Source: a virus
Virus record (IMG/VR): IMGVR_UViG_3300027852_000121
Direction: 5' to 3' (one strand)
DNA: 33,869 nucleotides
Translations under genes and position numbers: made by a program
Shown: positions 32,598-33,869 of the stretch, in pieces
Layout of the letters: each line of letters opens with the position of its first letter
Position numbering within the stretch: the stretch's first letter is position 1
Notes under the pieces: model-generated
What the model saw: the letters and a program-made list of their open reading frames with translations, nothing else
What the model was told of the DNA's origin: nothing
The model's database searches: none

Positions 32598-33419
32598 ATG
32601 AATAATACTGTAATTTTAGGATATAGTGAAAAGGAACTAAAAAAGATTAAATCTAATAGTATAGATTTAATAATAACATCTCCTCCCTACGCAGATAGGA
32701 GAAAAAAAACTTACGGGGGTATAGCTGTAGTTAATTATATAGAATGGTTTAAACCTATAGCTATCGAAATTAAAAGGATATTAAAACCTACCGGTAGCTT
32801 TTTTTTAAATATAAAACCTCATACAACTAAAGGAGAGAGAGAATTATATGTTTTTGAGTTGGTTCTATTCTTAAAAAAAGAATTAGGATTTATGTTTATA
32901 GAGGAGTATTGTTGGACTAAAAACGGTTTTCCGGGAAAATTAAACGGTCGGTTTAAAAATGCCTTTGAGCCCGTTTATCACTTTACAAAATCGAGCCCTA
33001 GCTTAATAAAGTTTAATCCGTTAGCTTGCGGACATCCTGTAAAAAAAGAGAGTCTAGCTAGAGCTAATAGAAAAAGGAGCTCCGCTCCGGCTAACGGATC
33101 CGGAATGACTGCTTTTAATACTGATAATCATAAAAAATTAAAAATAGCCAGACCCTCTAATGTTATAAATGTGAATAACGTTAGTAATCAATTTACTCTA
33201 AAAAGTAAACACTCCGCTACGTTTCCTGTAGGATTGGTAGACTTTTTTATAAAAAGTTTTTCAGATCCTGGAGACTTAATTTTAGATCCATTTGCAGGGA
33301 GTGGTACTGTAGGTTTATCTTGTATTGATAGCGGAAGGAAATATATACTTATAGACAAAGTTTCTGAAAATGTAGATTTAATTAACACAAGGATAAATAG
33401 ACTTATTGAAAAATTATGA
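32598..33419 (+). CDS. Beta-class DNA methyltransferase (N6-adenine or N4-cytosine)
   Basis: Motif IV IITSPPY lies near the N-terminus and motif I LDPFAGSGTVG near the C-terminus, which is the N6_N4_Mtase layout. Confidence 0.85.
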   Translation: MNNTVILGYSEKELKKIKSNSIDLIITSPPYADRRKKTYGGIAVVNYIEWFKPIAIEIKRILKPTGSFFLNIKPHTTKGERELYVFELVLFLKKELGFMFIEEYCWTKNGFPGKLNGRFKNAFEPVYHFTKSSPSLIKFNPLACGHPVKKESLARANRKRSSAPANGSGMTAFNTDNHKKLKIARPSNVINVNNVSNQFTLKSKHSATFPVGLVDFFIKSFSDPGDLILDPFAGSGTVGLSCIDSGRKYILIDKVSENVDLINTRINRLIEKL

Positions 33420-33577
33420 GCTACAACGTAAAAATAAGATTTAAAAGGACTAGATCCAAAGATTACAAATCCGAAACTAAAGACTTTGAGTCGGAGGAGG
33501 ATTTTAATAATTGGCTAGATATTCAATATAAAGACGAAAGTTATAGGAAAGTCCTAGACTGGATTAAAATAGATTAA
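33416..33577 (+). CDS. Small hypothetical protein (53 aa), below the ORF-track cut-off
   Basis: Hand translation gives MSYNVKIRFKRTRSKDYKSETKDFESEEDFNNWLDIQYKDESYRKVLDWIKID*. Its ATG overlaps the MTase stop (ATGA). Confidence 0.4.
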   Translation: MSYNVKIRFKRTRSKDYKSETKDFESEEDFNNWLDIQYKDESYRKVLDWIKID

Positions 33578-33588
33578 TTAAATACAGA

Positions 33589-33869
33589 ATGAACAAAAAG
33601 AAAAAAGAGACTCCGGTAAAGGAGTTAAACGTAAAAGCTGAGATAGTTGCTTTAGAAACGGCTAATCTAGCGACAGGACAAAAGGTTTATTATAATAACT
33701 GGGAGGTACGTCCTGAGGGAAACACTAACGAGGTTTATCCTCCTAGCGGATACTCTAAATATATGGAGCGTTGGACTGCATTTAACGACGGGAAACTAAA
33801 GCACCCGGAACAAATTTACGGATTACCTCAGGCTTTAGAACATATCGAGGAGCTGAGACGCTCTCGTAC
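33589..33869 (+). CDS. Hypothetical protein, 5' part of junction-spanning ORF (continues at 128..224)
   Basis: The ATG at 33589 opens MNKKKKETPVKELNVKAEIVALETANLATGQKVYYNNWEVRPEGNTNEVYPPSGYSKYMERW..., which runs off the window end in the same frame as 21..224. Confidence 0.6.
   Translation, partial: MNKKKKETPVKELNVKAEIVALETANLATGQKVYYNNWEVRPEGNTNEVYPPSGYSKYMERWTAFNDGKLKHPEQIYGLPQALEHIEELRRSR
33743..33869. repeat. Terminal direct repeat, right copy (identical to 1..127)
   Basis: Direct comparison of both window ends. The 127-nt length equals a common de Bruijn assembler k-mer, which suggests an assembly overlap of a circular or permuted genome. Confidence 0.95.

Noticed and set aside
1-33869. 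Search for tRNA/rRNA genes, CRISPR arrays, integrase/excisionase, repressor, transposase and DNA polymerase
   Set aside because: None was seen. Intergenic regions are short and AT-rich and have no cloverleaf-like GC stems. There are no regularly spaced repeats other than the iterons. No ORF has tyrosine- or serine-recombinase or polymerase motifs that I could recognise. Absence by eye is not proof, and profile searches are needed.

Overview
The window is a complete, circularly closing genome of a tailed dsDNA phage. Bases 1..127 are repeated exactly at 33743..33869, which gives a unit length of 33,742 bp, and one ORF reads in frame across the junction. The DNA is AT-rich and start codons lack Shine-Dalgarno sequences. 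Three intergenic regions carry Bacteroidota-type promoters (TTTG, then 19-20 nt, then TAnnTTTG), so a Flavobacteriia/Bacteroidota host is inferred. About 90% of the coding is on the + strand, with one leftward early block at about 25056..28207. Modules in window order: small early ORFs; AEP-type primase plus VirE/D5-type NTPase; an iteron-rich non-coding region that is a candidate origin (3388..3718); VRR-NUC nuclease; small and large terminase; tail-like structural genes, including two HK97-gp10-like paralogues and a tape-measure-like protein; a terminator-flanked secreted-protein moron; an XkdF-type prohead protease/scaffold, capsid, putative tail tube, portal and a 1407-aa tail fibre; a lysis cassette; the leftward block (gp32-like SSB, SMC/Rad50-like ATPase, signal-peptide beta-barrel-like protein); then an SF2 helicase, C5-cytosine MTase, PolB-exo-like 3'-5' exonuclease, His-Me/HNH nuclease and an N6/N4 MTase. 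I saw no DNA polymerase, integrase, tRNA, rRNA or CRISPR array. Family names come from motifs read in the translations and recalled from memory, because no database search was possible. The most interesting signals are: (i) the iteron/AT-rich origin candidate; (ii) a recurring TTAACCAATAAATT leader motif 11-16 nt upstream of at least seven start codons; (iii) three replication or DNA-processing proteins that end in an SSB-tip-like ...PF; (iv) two MTase genes with identical 19-nt promoter-upstream sequences and an adjacent tiny Cys-rich HNH nuclease; (v) a lysis cassette with overlapping spanin-like ORFs of unusual topology; and (vi) a non-canonical morphogenesis gene order.
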